DNA of 63,034 nucleotides, the filler included, from Octopus bimaculoides (taxonomy: Eukaryota), in the NCBI RefSeq assembly GCF_001194135.2. It is 4 parts of 3 records of this genome, joined end to end, with 100 filler letters (N's around TTAATTAATTAA, not from the genome) between each part and the next. Parts side by side here need not be neighbours in the genome. Positions count along the whole stretch, not along the records: positions 1 to 26,713 come from NC_068987.1; 3 more parts are not named here. One strand, written 5' to 3'. How positions within the stretch are numbered: the first letter of the stretch is position 1; the number at the start of each line of letters is the position of its first letter. Shown piece after piece: positions 1 to 12,210 of the stretch. Under the pieces are notes generated by a model. The model saw nothing but the letters and a program-made list of their open reading frames with translations. It did not search any database and was not told the DNA's origin. A program made the translations under genes and the position numbers.

Positions 1-360
1 CTGGTAAGAAAATGTTAATTTCGAAACCTATGTTTGCAGATAATTGTATTTTTTTGTGTAATTTTCGCTGGTCTTGCCCGCTTTACGTTTTTGTTGCTTC
101 GCTAAATTCTCTTTGAGAATTATTCGGTCTTAGGAGGCACATGACATATGATCTTCTTCTAGCGCATGACCAGTCCACATACTGGCCTCCTGTATATATA
201 CTCGTATATATCTTTATATAAACATATACAATAATCCTTGAGATCTCAGATATTTTTTCTGAATCTCCCTGATTCTTTTAATGTGCTAGTTACCTGGTAT
301 TGAATTGATATTAATTAATATCCAATTTTTACCCCATTGTTTAATTTATTATATATATAT

Positions 361-578
361 ATGTGTGTGTGTGTGCTTGCGTGTCTGTGTTTGTCGCCCC
401 ACCATCGCTTGACAACCGATCTTGGTGTGTTTATGTCTCCGTAATTTAGCGGCTCCGCAAAGGAGTCCGATAGAATAAGTACCACGTTTACAAAGTCTTG
501 TGGTTGATTTGTTCGACTAAAGGCGCTGCTCCAGTCTGGCTGCAGTCAAATGACTGAAACAAGTAAAAGAATAAAAAA
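361..578 (+). mobile_element. SINE family A, 3' half
   Basis: catcgcttgacaaccgat...tccag..tggctgcagtcaaatgactgaaacaagtaaaagaataaaa matches the 3' half of the full copy at 36604-37060. Confidence 0.85.
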
Positions 579-1044
579 ATATATATACGTACACGCACAC
601 ACGCCACACACACACACACATACACATTACTATTTAGCTCCAACTGGACCCCAATGCTAAACGTGATCATCCCGCCTTTCCTCTATATAATTATTTCAAG
701 GTCCACATTGTCCTATGTGACTGTTAGTTTCATATGACTGTTGAGCGTAACATGTAATTGATATATAGTCACAATTTTTAGGAAGTCGATCGACAATATA
801 GAAACCTGCTTTCTTTGTTTCAAGTTACTCAAAAAATAATATAATTCCAACCTTCAAAGTTTCAGAATGATGTTATCTTCTATGCTTCTGATGCTCTCAG
901 AATAACATGCTATGTTGAAGCGATTATAATATACTGTAAACGTTCCACGCCTTTCGTAATATAAACAAACAAACAAACAAACACTCCGAATGTTCAGAAA
1001 TAATACATTTCTAAATCTCTCAGATTTATGCAGTAGTGATACGA

Positions 1045-1441
1045 TGAAGCTGTATGCTGTCAACTTAATGTGACAGTCCTCTGAAGGGAATAATACGACT
1101 GTTGGTTAGACCTAGGAAGCTGCACCGCTTCCTGTCGGCCTTGAGACACATTTCCTGTATCCTTAGGTTTACAAGGGGAACAATTATGTTTATAAGAGCT
1201 TGACAGGCATCTTCGACTAGCAGGTCATGCTACTCCAGACTGATAACGAGCAAAGACTCAGAAGCATGTCTCTGGATGCAGGCTTAGCTGGGTGGAGCTG
1301 CTTGTCTCCCCCTTGTAAACATAAGGACACAGGAAATGTCAAGGCTGACAGGAAGCGGTGCAGCTTCTTAGGTCTAAACAACAGTAGTATTATTCCCTTC
1401 GGTGGACTGTCACATTAAGTTGACAGCATACAACTACTTCA
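1045..1441. mobile_element. MITE-like fold-back element with ~128 bp inverted arms
   Basis: 1051-1179 is the reverse complement, with few mismatches, of 1307-1432; one arm recurs at 13027-13192. Confidence 0.85.
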
Positions 1442-3474
1442 CTCCGAATGTTATCTGAGAATTAAAAAACCGCAGTAAGTCGCCTTATTGACAGTTTGCA
1501 TATATTAAGAATGATATTTTATCAATTACTACTGCAATTACGTATACCTGACTTTTAAACAGCTGGCCGACCGTTTGCAACATCAGTAATTCTTTTGTTA
1601 ACTCTTCCTATATTAAATGCGATGAGTTCTCATCTGTGCATCTCGCAGGCTGTGAGAATCCACCATGGAACGCCCTGAAAATACTGAAATGCATCCGGCG
1701 CTCTTACTTTTCGCTGCTGTAATCAATGTTCGTCTCTCGCTGATATTTGTTTTTAACTACAGTACATTCATTGTAGAGTCTATCTCAGCATAAATACTGC
1801 AGTAACTGGCCTATAAACATTGTATATACATTATGATACATAGATGTCAATTTTAAATATTATGGAATTTTCCATCAGTCTATGTAACATATTTCTTTTG
1901 TTAGTAAACTATTTTCGCTTCTATAAATAGATATTCAAAGCTTTCATCCTGGCAACAGATTCGAACGCAATACTATCGCAGTATTTGAAGAGAATAACAA
2001 ACAAAAAAAAGATGAACTCCCCCCATCCTCCAAAAACCCAAGCAAAATTGTTGTATAATCTTTTTCTAACGAATTTGTGAATCGCAGCCCATGGGACTTA
2101 ATTTGTTAAACCTCTAGAATCTGCTTTAGCAAATTCTTCAGAAACTTATAATTCTGTTATTGTCAATAAAGAATGAAAATGTCATAAGTTTTCCCAAAGG
2201 TCCACAATTATTTCTTTTGGCATTGGTTTGATATCTCCCAGCTTTTGTTTGCTTAAACGAATCGTCTCATCTGCAATGTTAACAAAATTGGTTTAATTCA
2301 ATATTTCATAGATTCCAAACCATCGTTACTTTACAGTAAAATAAACCTATTGAATTTAATAGAATTTCCTACTTGCTTTATCTTCGTTTAACCATTCTTT
2401 ACGATTTGGATCGAGAATGTTCAACTTTCAAAGAAACTCAGTAAAGTCGAATTATTTTGATATTTCATTTTCTCTGGTGTGCTGTGAGTGTTTAGCAAGT
2501 TATACAGTGCCATTCATTCAGGCATGCAAATTACAAATACCCTATAAATATAAGATTTCTTCAACAAAACCAGTTGAGAGGTGTTTTGCTGAAATGAAAT
2601 TTATATCATATTAATAAGGATTTGGAAGAAAAAAATATAATTGAAATAAAATCAACAACTAAAACCACGCTAAATCTCTTCACAATGACGATAATTCTTT
2701 CAATAGTGGATTATTTAGAAATGAATATAAATTTGAGGATCTTGTTCAAAACGGGGGCACCAGTTTTCATTTATGTTTTATGTAGTGTTTTTGGTACCGA
2801 AAGACTTTCAAACTTCGTATACTTATCTATTTTGTGTTATAGAACAGAAAAAAATTTTTGTATTCGGATTTATTTCATTTAAAAAATTGTCTTATTTCGA
2901 TAATTTCAACCAATCACTGACAAGTATTCAGCTGTTGACACTTACTCCTTTGGCAGTTTAAGCGGTGTAAAGCGTATTTAATCTCCATTACTTCTGACAT
3001 TTTGCAGAGGCAACACACGTGTGTTCGTTTTCCCTAACCCTAATTGACTTGCTCCTTCCCTCAAAAACCATACCTTGTGTCTATAATAGAAAGGTTTATT
3101 AACTACTGTGAATATGCTTCAGCCATTTTTTGACAAGGAAATAATATTTTTATCACCGCCAGAATCGTTTGTTTACGTAGTCAGCACTTAATGTATATCG
3201 GCTGAATGGACGTCAGTCATTGGTTGAAATTACAGAAATACGACAACTTTAACATGGAATAACTTATGGATTTCTTTTTTTTTAAGAAGACTAAGAGAAA
3301 AAGATGTTTTATATGACACATTGTACCAGTGTCCCAAGTTTCAAAGTGTTTCGTTAAGAAAATACTGGTGCCCCCGTTTTGAACAAGATCCAAATTTGAT
3401 TTTAATTTTGAAATTGATGACTAAATCAGTATTGTTTTCGCTAGACTTTAATAGACTTAGGGCAATATTTTATA

Positions 3475-3635
3475 TGGGCGCATGGACGGCTGTGTGGTTA
3501 AGAAATGTGCTTTGTAACCACGTGATTTTAAGATCACTTCCACTGCGCAGCACACTGCGCAAGCGTCTTATACCAGAATGACCAGCCGACTAATGCCTTG
3601 TGAGTCAATTTGGTAGAGGGAAACTGTGAGAGGTA
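3475..3635 (+). mobile_element. SINE family A, degenerate tRNA-like head
   Basis: ggctgtgtggttaagaa...ccactgcgcagcac...gccttgtgagtcaatttggtagagggaaactg aligns to the head of 36604-36770. Confidence 0.65.
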
Positions 3636-5083
3636 GTTATATATATGTATATATAAAAACTTAGATATGTTTCGACCAAAGATTGGTCCAGGCCATGTCT
3701 AACTTAATAGCACCACCTAATAAGATTATCTAAATCCTTTTTACAGTCAAGTTTTGTCTATGGTCCATTCAAGTAGTGAGTTCTTATTGAGTGAGTTGTA
3801 TCCAGGTATGGGTGGCTTGTCTGGTTTCTTTGAAGAAAACTGTCTAGACTCCGTTTACACACACACAGGCACCAAAACTCTCACCCGGAATCCCGAATTA
3901 CCAGAAATCTGACTACTTTTGAAACTGGCTAGCTTTGAATTTCACAGGCTGTAGTACTTCGACCCGCAACCAGTTTGTTTTGGTTCCCGCGGCGCATGCG
4001 TCACACGACGCNNNNNNNNNNNNNNNNNNNNNNNNNNNNNNNNNNNNNNNNNNNNNNNNNNNNNNNNNNNNNNNNNNNNNNNNNNNNNNNNNNNNNNNNN
4101 NNNNNNNNNNNNNNNNNNNNNNNNNNNNNNNNNNNNNNNNNNNNNNNNNNNNNNNNNNNNNNNNNNNNNNNNNNNNNNNNNNNNNNNNNNNNNNNNNNNN
4201 NNNNNNNNNNNNNNNNNNNNNNNNNNNNNNNNNNNNNNNNNNNNNNNNNNNNNNAATCACCCCCGTATGACCTAGAATAAGCAGGGAATAAAAAATGACT
4301 CTGTAAAAATAAGCCTAAAATAAGTGTATTGCTTGTATTTTTCTTTCTTTTCGAAACGTCAGTACTTTCCCATCCTTACTTTCCCTGAAAAAAGTTTAAA
4401 ATTCATAAGTGAAATGTAATAAAGATGAAATTGGATTCTGTTAATATTTTTGCATATTCGGAATCTCTGTTAAAGGTAGGAACCCGAAAAAATATTTTTA
4501 CAAAAATTCGTTTTTCAAAGGGGTGCGATTCTGCATTAGCCCCTATACCTATTGGTCGAGCCGATTCAATTTGAAATGATTTAATTAAGAGAACACATTT
4601 AGTTACATTATATGGCCATGCTTTAAGATCGTTACGCCCTGGAAGACAAGTCAGGTGTTTTATCACGCTACTTGTCAATTCCGGGAAAATTATTGATACT
4701 CAAGCAGACTGTTCTGAGACTTACTGAACTCCGTATATTAAAAGACTACGTCTCACACTCATATATTGAAAATACACGCATATACATGAATACACACACA
4801 ATGAAAGACAGCGAAAATTCAACATTGTAAAAAGCCCCCCAAAACTGTAGTGGCAGAAGTCACATCTCTGAGATTGAAACAAAGACACTTGTTGAAAGTG
4901 AAACAAGACACCCAGCAGCACAGAAAGGAAAACCTATTTAGGTTAGGTTTGACGAAGAAGTCGAACCATTTCTCCTGCCAAACAATACTGAGGTAAGACG
5001 GTCGAAACTTACGTTATAACAAACACTAACCAGAACCTGCAATATATACCCTTTAATATATTAATTTTTAATTTTCTAAAATG

Positions 5084-5620
5084 TTATTTACCTCATAAAT
5101 TAATTCAATTTTTCGATCTTTTTGGGCAAATATATCTATCACATTTTCATAGAAATCTTCTCTTTTCATCAATTGTCGTAATATTTTTCAATTGACATTA
5201 GTGCTAACCCGGACAGTCTTCTTTCTCCTGTTGCATTTCTTTGATATGTTTTGATTCTACTTAATGCAGAAAAGGATCGCTCTACAAAAGCAGTGGTAGA
5301 CGGAATTGCACAGATTGAAGAGTTGTGGCATAGCTTCAAGATCACTGTTGTAAATATAACTCATTAAATGACTTACACTTCGCTTTTTAAAATCTTTCAT
5401 TGAATACAACTTATTGAGCTCACTTTGTAATCGAATTACATAAAAACATCTGCCATAAGTGATTTTTTTAAAGAATATATGGAGTCAACAGGAAATTGTT
5501 TGCAATACTCATCAACTTTGTTGAAACTCAAAAGTTCCATGAATTTAAACTCTTCTAAGGATGAATATCGTGCTTTTACTTAGTCGACTATTGTACTGAT
5601 AATTTTGTTATAAAGCATTT
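5084..5620 (-). pseudogene. hAT transposase C-terminal remnant (hAT dimerisation domain)
   Basis: My minus-strand translation, with stops and frameshifts: ...KARYSSLEEFKFMELL...QFPVDSIYSLKK/TYG...RLQSEL...AIPSTTAFVERSFSALSRIKTYQRNATGERRLSGLALMSIEK.../DFYENVIDIFAQKDRKIELIY. The VERSFS..RIKT...RL..LAL.SIEK pattern is typical of the hAT dimerisation domain. Confidence 0.85.
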
Positions 5621-6529
5621 TGGTTTTTGTTTTTGTATACCATTCGATTTAAACCGATTTTCATTGTAATTTTAATTGCTAAATTTTTATTTTACGTCGA
5701 TTTTATTGTGTAACCATATTTTTATTTGACCCCAAATCAGATGTATTGTCCCTTCTATGTTTCGCCCCTTGTGGGTAATAAAGAGATCAATTTTGTTATA
5801 AAGCATTTTATGTCATTGGGGCTCAATAGATATATTTTTGGATCTCTGAATTCCGATTCCTGCATCGACTCCATATTTTCCCCTAACATGTAGAAGATTG
5901 AAAAATTATCAAGTTTGTTTTTGAGTACAGTTCTAGTTTTATCTATTTGCTCCTTACAATACACTTTTTCTTTATTCGGCACTTACGGCTATAACACAGA
6001 AAGAAGGGGACACTACAAGGACAGACACAACATTACAATGGGGATATAAAACAAAACGAATGACAATGAGATGTTATATAAAGAAGAAATGAAATGGCTG
6101 CATGGGCCCCATAACCATGCAGTACTATTTGAACGTTTATATACACTATTTACCATCGTTCACTTTTTCTTAATTATCTGTTTTTTCTTTCTTTTCTTTT
6201 TTAATGTGTTTATAACATAAAACACTTTTCCTTTTTTTCCCAGACATTTTACTTTTTTTAATATCTCATAAACGGATCCAAGTCCTTGAGTTCGATTACT
6301 GGTGCCAGCTCGTCGAACTCAAACGCTACTCCGGGCGTATCAATTTTGTCTCTGCACATGTCTTTTAGTTTCCTGTATGTGTCCTTATCGATCACAATGG
6401 CCTTCATATTTTCAGAGTACACATCTATGGGTAACTTTACTCTTATAATATGCTTAAATTCTAGAATATTTTTCTCCGTCTACGTTTTTTTTTAATGTCA
6501 CAAAATTCCATTTGATTTTTTCCTATTCT

Positions 6530-6800
6530 TGGGGTTTTTTCTCTCTCACTCTCTCTACTACTCTCTCCGTCTCCCACTCTCTCTACTACACTCTTCTTCT
6601 CTCACTCTCTCTACTATCCTCTCCCTCGGTCCTCTCTCTACTTCTCACTCCCGTTTTCAATCTCTCCCTATGTCGCTCTATCGCTCTCCCACTCTCTCAC
6701 TCTGTCATTTTCTCCATTACTCTCTCCCCTCTTTCAATTTCTCCGTTTATCCTTCTATCACGCTCCCACTCTCTACCTTTTGTCACTCCCTTTTTCTTCC
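6530..6800. repeat. CT-rich low-complexity tract
   Basis: Degenerate (CT)n/(CTCA)n runs. Confidence 0.85.
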
Positions 6801-7149
6801 AAGCCTGCTGTAACGCAAATTTTTGTTCGTGTCATTTCCCTGTGTGCAATTATTTTCAGTATAAACAATTTTAAAATTTTGGAGAAAATTCTATTAAGGG
6901 ATATAAAATAAGGTTGTTTTATAAATTTTTATTCCTAATTACACGCCTGCGCAATTTTCTACTCCAACATTTTCTACTAAGTAACTGTTGTCGCTAATGG
7001 CTTGCTGTATTGATCTTTTCTAATTGAAACACGCATCGGCGTCAATTTGGAAACAAAATCGCATCGAATACTGACGCAAAACATTGAAGCAATTTATTAC
7101 AATCTTTATTTTTCTGCATTATACAAAGTTCACTGGAGAAGCCCATAGT

Positions 7150-8391
7150 TCATATCCTTTCTCAGTCACTTCATTACGTCCGCCGTCAAGAACCCTATAT
7201 ATTCAAATAGGCCAATGAGTCTACCTAGCAGAATAGGAATTGTTTCATAAATTAGTCAGCCTAAGAGAGCCAGTGACTATGATCTTCTCAAGCTCCAGAG
7301 AATAGTTCGTCGAGAATTTGCCGAGCCGAGCTGATTGGCTAATTATAGCCAATGAAATGTGTCTTGCCCAATTTGTTAGATCAATTCATCTTTTTGGCAC
7401 AAATTATATTTGAAATGAGTTTTGCCAATGAAATGAAATTGTTTGCAGAAACTATGGAAAGCTAGTGAGGGCAAAACACTACAGATTTAGTCTGAAAGTC
7501 AAATTCAGTAATGGTTACAGGAGAGAAAACAAAAAGACCAGATGAAGACGCACCAGATGAAGATGCACCAGATGAAGACGGGTGCGACCAGCTAGTTAAG
7601 TAAAGAAGGTAACTTAGCAAGTGGTTTGTAGTAACAAAAGTAACTAATGTTTATTGATGAGTATAATCAATGTTACGTAATCGAATGTCTATATTTGCAT
7701 ACGAACTAAAATATTTGTGTGCAACAAAGTAATGTATACATAGTAACAAACTTCTGATGCCGGTTTTACCTGAGGGTTAACAACTGCTCAGGGCATGAGA
7801 GATTTGTCTTAGGTCTGATAAAGAATTATAATTTTTGTGGTCGCTCTATAGGATTAGGGATTTTGTGAACTGGCAATTGTAAAGAAATAGATAACTTTAG
7901 TTATATGTTATTGTTCCTGACTAGAGAGACAGTGGGACATGATTTTCCTTGATATCTGTAATGTGTGAGTATTGCAGTACTAAAACAGAAGTTGTTTGTA
8001 ATGTCTAATCTAAGACTGTATTCGAGATTATTGTTTACAGGTGCGGCATGTGTGAGGTGTTTAGGACGTGTGCAGAGGACATTACTTTATGAAAGCATAA
8101 CGAAAACTGGATGTGATATCATCTGTATCGGAGCATGTAACAGACGGAGTGAACGAGCGATAATTTACGTACAGAAGGGAGAATGGATGAATCACTATGC
8201 AACACTGGAGTTTACCGGATTTGATAGAGTGCTTTAGACAAAGATCCAGGGATGATATGTGCAACTATGATGACGTCTGACATGAATTTCCGATTCAAAA
8301 TAGAGAGACAGATTATAGGAGATAGGTCTCCACAAAGGTTGAGCGTTTCTGGTGTTAATCATATCAAAGGGCCTGTTGGTAACGTTGTAAC
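7150..8391 (+). mobile_element. Possible solo LTR or LTR-element remnant
   Basis: Non-AT-simple block with clustered CCAAT motifs, ending in ...GTTGTAACA (a TG..CA-type LTR end). The 5' boundary is uncertain and no partner LTR or TSD was seen. Confidence 0.35.
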
Positions 8392-8529
8392 ATTTTTTAA
8401 AGAGTGGGAGTGGTAACATGACGGTTAAGAAGTTTTATTGAACTCACGTGGTTTCAGGTTCAGTCCGGCAATCCTGCAAACCGGGTCAACTCATAGTTTG
8501 TAAGTGGATTTGGAAACTGTGGAATTCTG

Positions 8530-8530
<1 letters not shown>

Positions 8531-8602
<72 letters not shown>
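8531..8602. repeat. (CA)n(TA)n microsatellite at the tail of a decayed SINE A head (8405-8530)
   Basis: Directly visible. Confidence 0.9.
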
Positions 8603-8604
<2 letters not shown>

Positions 8605-9562
8605 ATATCCTAATGATAATATATGTTATCCGATTTAAAGCAACATTCATATATAAACTGATTGGGTTGTTTATAACCATTATATGCAGTATTAGTTTAA
8701 GTATGTATACGTAAAATTTGGCTGAAATTGATGGGTGAGCTTTGGCCTAATCAGATGCCCATGTAACCGTGTAAGCGTTGATATGTGCGTTCGATTCTGG
8801 CTAGTGCTGTTCATCATTTTACAGTCAATTTGTTTATATATAAATCTTGCTTTAAATCGGAGAGTATAAATATAATTATTAGTTATTCCATAATCGCTTT
8901 CTCTCCGCAACTTGCAAACTCTTGTGCTTTGTTTATAAATATGTTATATAGTTATATTTTTCTTATTAAACACATAGACCGCATAGAAGTGCTCAAGTTG
9001 AACCTGAGACGTTAGACTAGTATTAATAAATGAAATGGAAAAAGTTCAAGTTAGGCTAACTACAGTGAACACATATGTGTACGGATTTAATTAAGATAGA
9101 AATTGTCCAAAACAAAACATATATTAATATATAAAAATTATATGAATATTAAAAATATATATGGACATATTAACATATGAACATGAATGATTAAACATAG
9201 TAATAATATAATTAAGTAAAATTCATTTCCTGAGAATGTCTCCTTCATCAGGGAAACGGTTATATTGACGGTAAATATGCATTTAGCGCATTGCCAAGAT
9301 ATGAGATAACTGTAAGCTTTTATAGAAGAACAGGTAAGACTATGCTAATAATGGAAATCTTTGAGGGCTGATGGGAGTAAACATTACATTATTACTGAAT
9401 TTATTGAAATTTATATTCGGCGATAGTTTAGGATTCTTTTATATACATTCTACATCTATTCATAATCGTATTGTATGGGATGGGGGCTTATCTATAATAG
9501 ACGAAGATAGTGTATAATTAATATTTTGTAATTTTAGATTATGTATATACCTAGCTAGACGT

Positions 9563-9944
9563 GGAGGCGCAATGGCCTAGTGGTTAGGGCAGCGGACTCG
9601 CGGTCATAGGATAGCAGTTTCGATTCCCAGACCGGGCGTTGTGAGTGTTTATTGAGCGAAAAACACCTAAAGTTCCACAAGGCTCCGGCAGAGGATGGTG
9701 GCGGACCCTGCTGTATTCTTTCACCATAACTTTCTCTCACTCTTACCTCCTGTTTCTGTTGTGCCTGTAATTCAAAGGGTCAGCCTTGTCCCACTGTGTC
9801 ACGCTGAATATCCCTGAGAACTACGTTAAGGGTACACGTGTCTGTGGAGTGCTCAGCCACTTGCACGTTAATTTCACGAACAGGCTGTTCCGCTGATCGG
9901 ATTAACTGGAAGACTCGACGTTGTAAGAGACAGAGTGCCAACAA
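9563..9944 (+). mobile_element. Full-length tRNA-derived SINE (family C) with target-site duplication
   Basis: A box (tggcctagtgg) and B box (gtttcgattcc). Flanking 11-bp TSD tacctagctag (9548-9558) / taccttgctag (9947-9957), 1 mismatch. Confidence 0.9.
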
Positions 9945-10784
9945 TTTACCTTGCTAGTGCGGTTGAGTTTTTGTATTTTAGCTATTTGAAAGATTTAAAT
10001 GAGTTCTATATAGTCTCTTAAAATCTATAGTGCTTCCTATATATACTCTTACTTGACGTTCGTCATTTACCACGCTGCATTACGTTTTTACGTAAACAAA
10101 ATCTAGCGTATCTGTATATTATTACAGGTTAAATAAAGGCAACAGCGAATAAAACAACAACGACCCGCAGGATTATATAAATGAATGGAATAAAGCACAC
10201 AGATCGAAGGCAGCTCAAAGCTGTTATAATTTTTAGAGTCCAAAACATTAGCCGTCACAAAATATCAGAGTTCAAGTGCAGAGCTGTTACAAATAGTTGA
10301 ATATATATTAGTTCTTAAAGATGGAAGTTGAAACTCCAGCAGTTGCTACGGAAACGAGCAATCAAAACAAAAGGGAAGTCACCCTTACCGTTATCTTCTT
10401 GCGTTGGTGTTTACTGTTTATGTCGTTCCGAGTAGTAAGCAGATAGAGACAGCAAAATAAAGGATAGAATGATGCCAATGTTCTGCCTGTCATTTCAGCA
10501 GCAACAACGGAGAAAGACAAAATGACATTTGTCATTCTAAAGTGAGTCAGTGAAAGTTATAAATATCATAGTCGCCTCTTGTCTTCTTCATCTCACCAAC
10601 AACTTCGAGATCGTCTCTTTCGCCAACTCCTTTCATTATCTGTCTTTGGCTTACGAACATTCTGTATTCATAATTCTCGCAACACAGCGAGAAAAAGGGA
10701 CATACCGCTCCGAAAACAATGGGAACTGCTGTAGGTATCTTCCTTATCTCCTGCCAACCATTGTCTGTATAAGAGGGATCAAGT

Positions 10785-10837
10785 GGGGTCGGGTGGAGAA
10801 TATATAAATCGGTTTGGCGTAGGCCATGTGTTCAGTG
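10785..10837 (+). promoter_or_regulatory. Candidate Pol II core promoter: GC-box-like motif, TATA box and TCAGT initiator
   Basis: TATAAA at 10803 lies exactly -31 from the A (10834) of TCAGT; ggggtcgggtgg just upstream; located in a repeat-free block. Confidence 0.45.
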
Positions 10838-12072
10838 TCTCAACTGTCAATTCTTGTCTCCCCGTGAGACAGTGCTGTGGTGCGTCAAAAGGGAATTCTG
10901 TAGATTCAGGTTCGAATCAATATGCCTAAATGAAAATTCACTTTTTATCTTTCCAAGTAAAACATTTTCGTAACAATATATATATTCATAAGTATATGTA
11001 TATATAATTCATAAGTATTGAAATTGAGTTATTGGACTAAAATCTCTTGAAGGCGGACATCCAGCATGACCGCAGTCCAATGACTGAAACAAGTAAGATA
11101 TATTCCTTTCGCCAAGTATTTCAAAGTAGGGAAGATACTTGCTTACAATTGTCATCAGTTGCTTTGAGACACCAGAAGTCAAAGTAATAACTAGGAAGTT
11201 GTTATAATCGAAGTAGTTCTTTTTCGGAAAGGCTACACTGAAGGGGGCGGAGGGAAGAACACCGCCGAGACCAGTTACATTTTGGAGGGTGTAGGTGTTA
11301 ACAAAAAGCACTGTGGTGGCGAGTAAAAGTCTTCTATCTAATAGAGGTCATTTACTACCGTGGAGTGTTCCAGACAGTGCTTATAACCAGTTTCAAAAAA
11401 TTATATTAACATATGCAAAAGACGTGTATAGAAATCTTCTGGCGATATCTCAATCACTTCAGATATTTAAGTGCTCTTCTTTATACATTCATTATTATAT
11501 AATACTTAGTTTTGCTATCATCTACGACAGTTACTTTTTTGCAGTATTGTAGATGGTGATTTAATAACCAATTCCGAAAAACTGTATTAACATTCACAAA
11601 TGTTATATCAATATTTTCTTCCGTCAATACTCTCAGCCATTCCATAACTTTAAGTGCGCTTCTTTAATCATTCATTATATAATACCAAGTCTTTTTCGTA
11701 TCTAAGTAATGAAGTCGTTGTAGCTGTTAATGTGAATATTATGCACAAGCATAATGTTTATCCAAGTCTGAAATATTGTCGAAAACTAAATCGAACTAAT
11801 AACGCTTAATGGACATCAGAAAACAATATTAGTACCCTTTTCTTGTCATTTTTTCCGTATGTTAAAATTGCAAATTGATGTACAGCTTCATATAAAACTA
11901 AATAATGGGTCTTCAACGTGTGACTAGAAACTGTTATATATAAGCTCCAGTCATGTCCACGGACAAAATACTTTGGGGCATTGATTTTACTTCAAATTCT
12001 GCCGAGGTAAACTTAGCCTTCCATCATTCCGCATTTAATAAAATAAAATCCAATCAAATACTAAAATCTCCT

Positions 12073-12210
12073 TTGGTGGCGCATGGCTCAGTGGTTAGGA
12101 TGATGACTGTAAGATTGTAGTTTCGAATCCTTGACTGGGTGACGTTGTGTTCCTGAGCAAAACATTTCATTTCAAGTGGGGACGGACCGGCGTCCCGGCC
12201 CTTATGAGTC
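12073..12210 (+). mobile_element. SINE family D, degenerate or internally deleted
   Basis: tRNA-like head plus ttgtgttcctgagcaaaacatttcatttc and gacggaccggcgtccc, shared with 51553-51790. Confidence 0.7.

Noticed and set aside
2030-2340. Minus-strand frame ...SEEFAKADSRGL... faintly like transposon-associated proteins
   Set aside because: Several stops and only a short motif; too weak to call.
4943-4966. ttgacgaagaagtcgaacc resembling a hammerhead core
   Set aside because: Two core mismatches and no stems.
7537-7581. Short direct repeats as a possible CRISPR array (also 13412-13526, 41940-41980)
   Set aside because: Tandem with no spacers, in a eukaryotic context with no cas genes.
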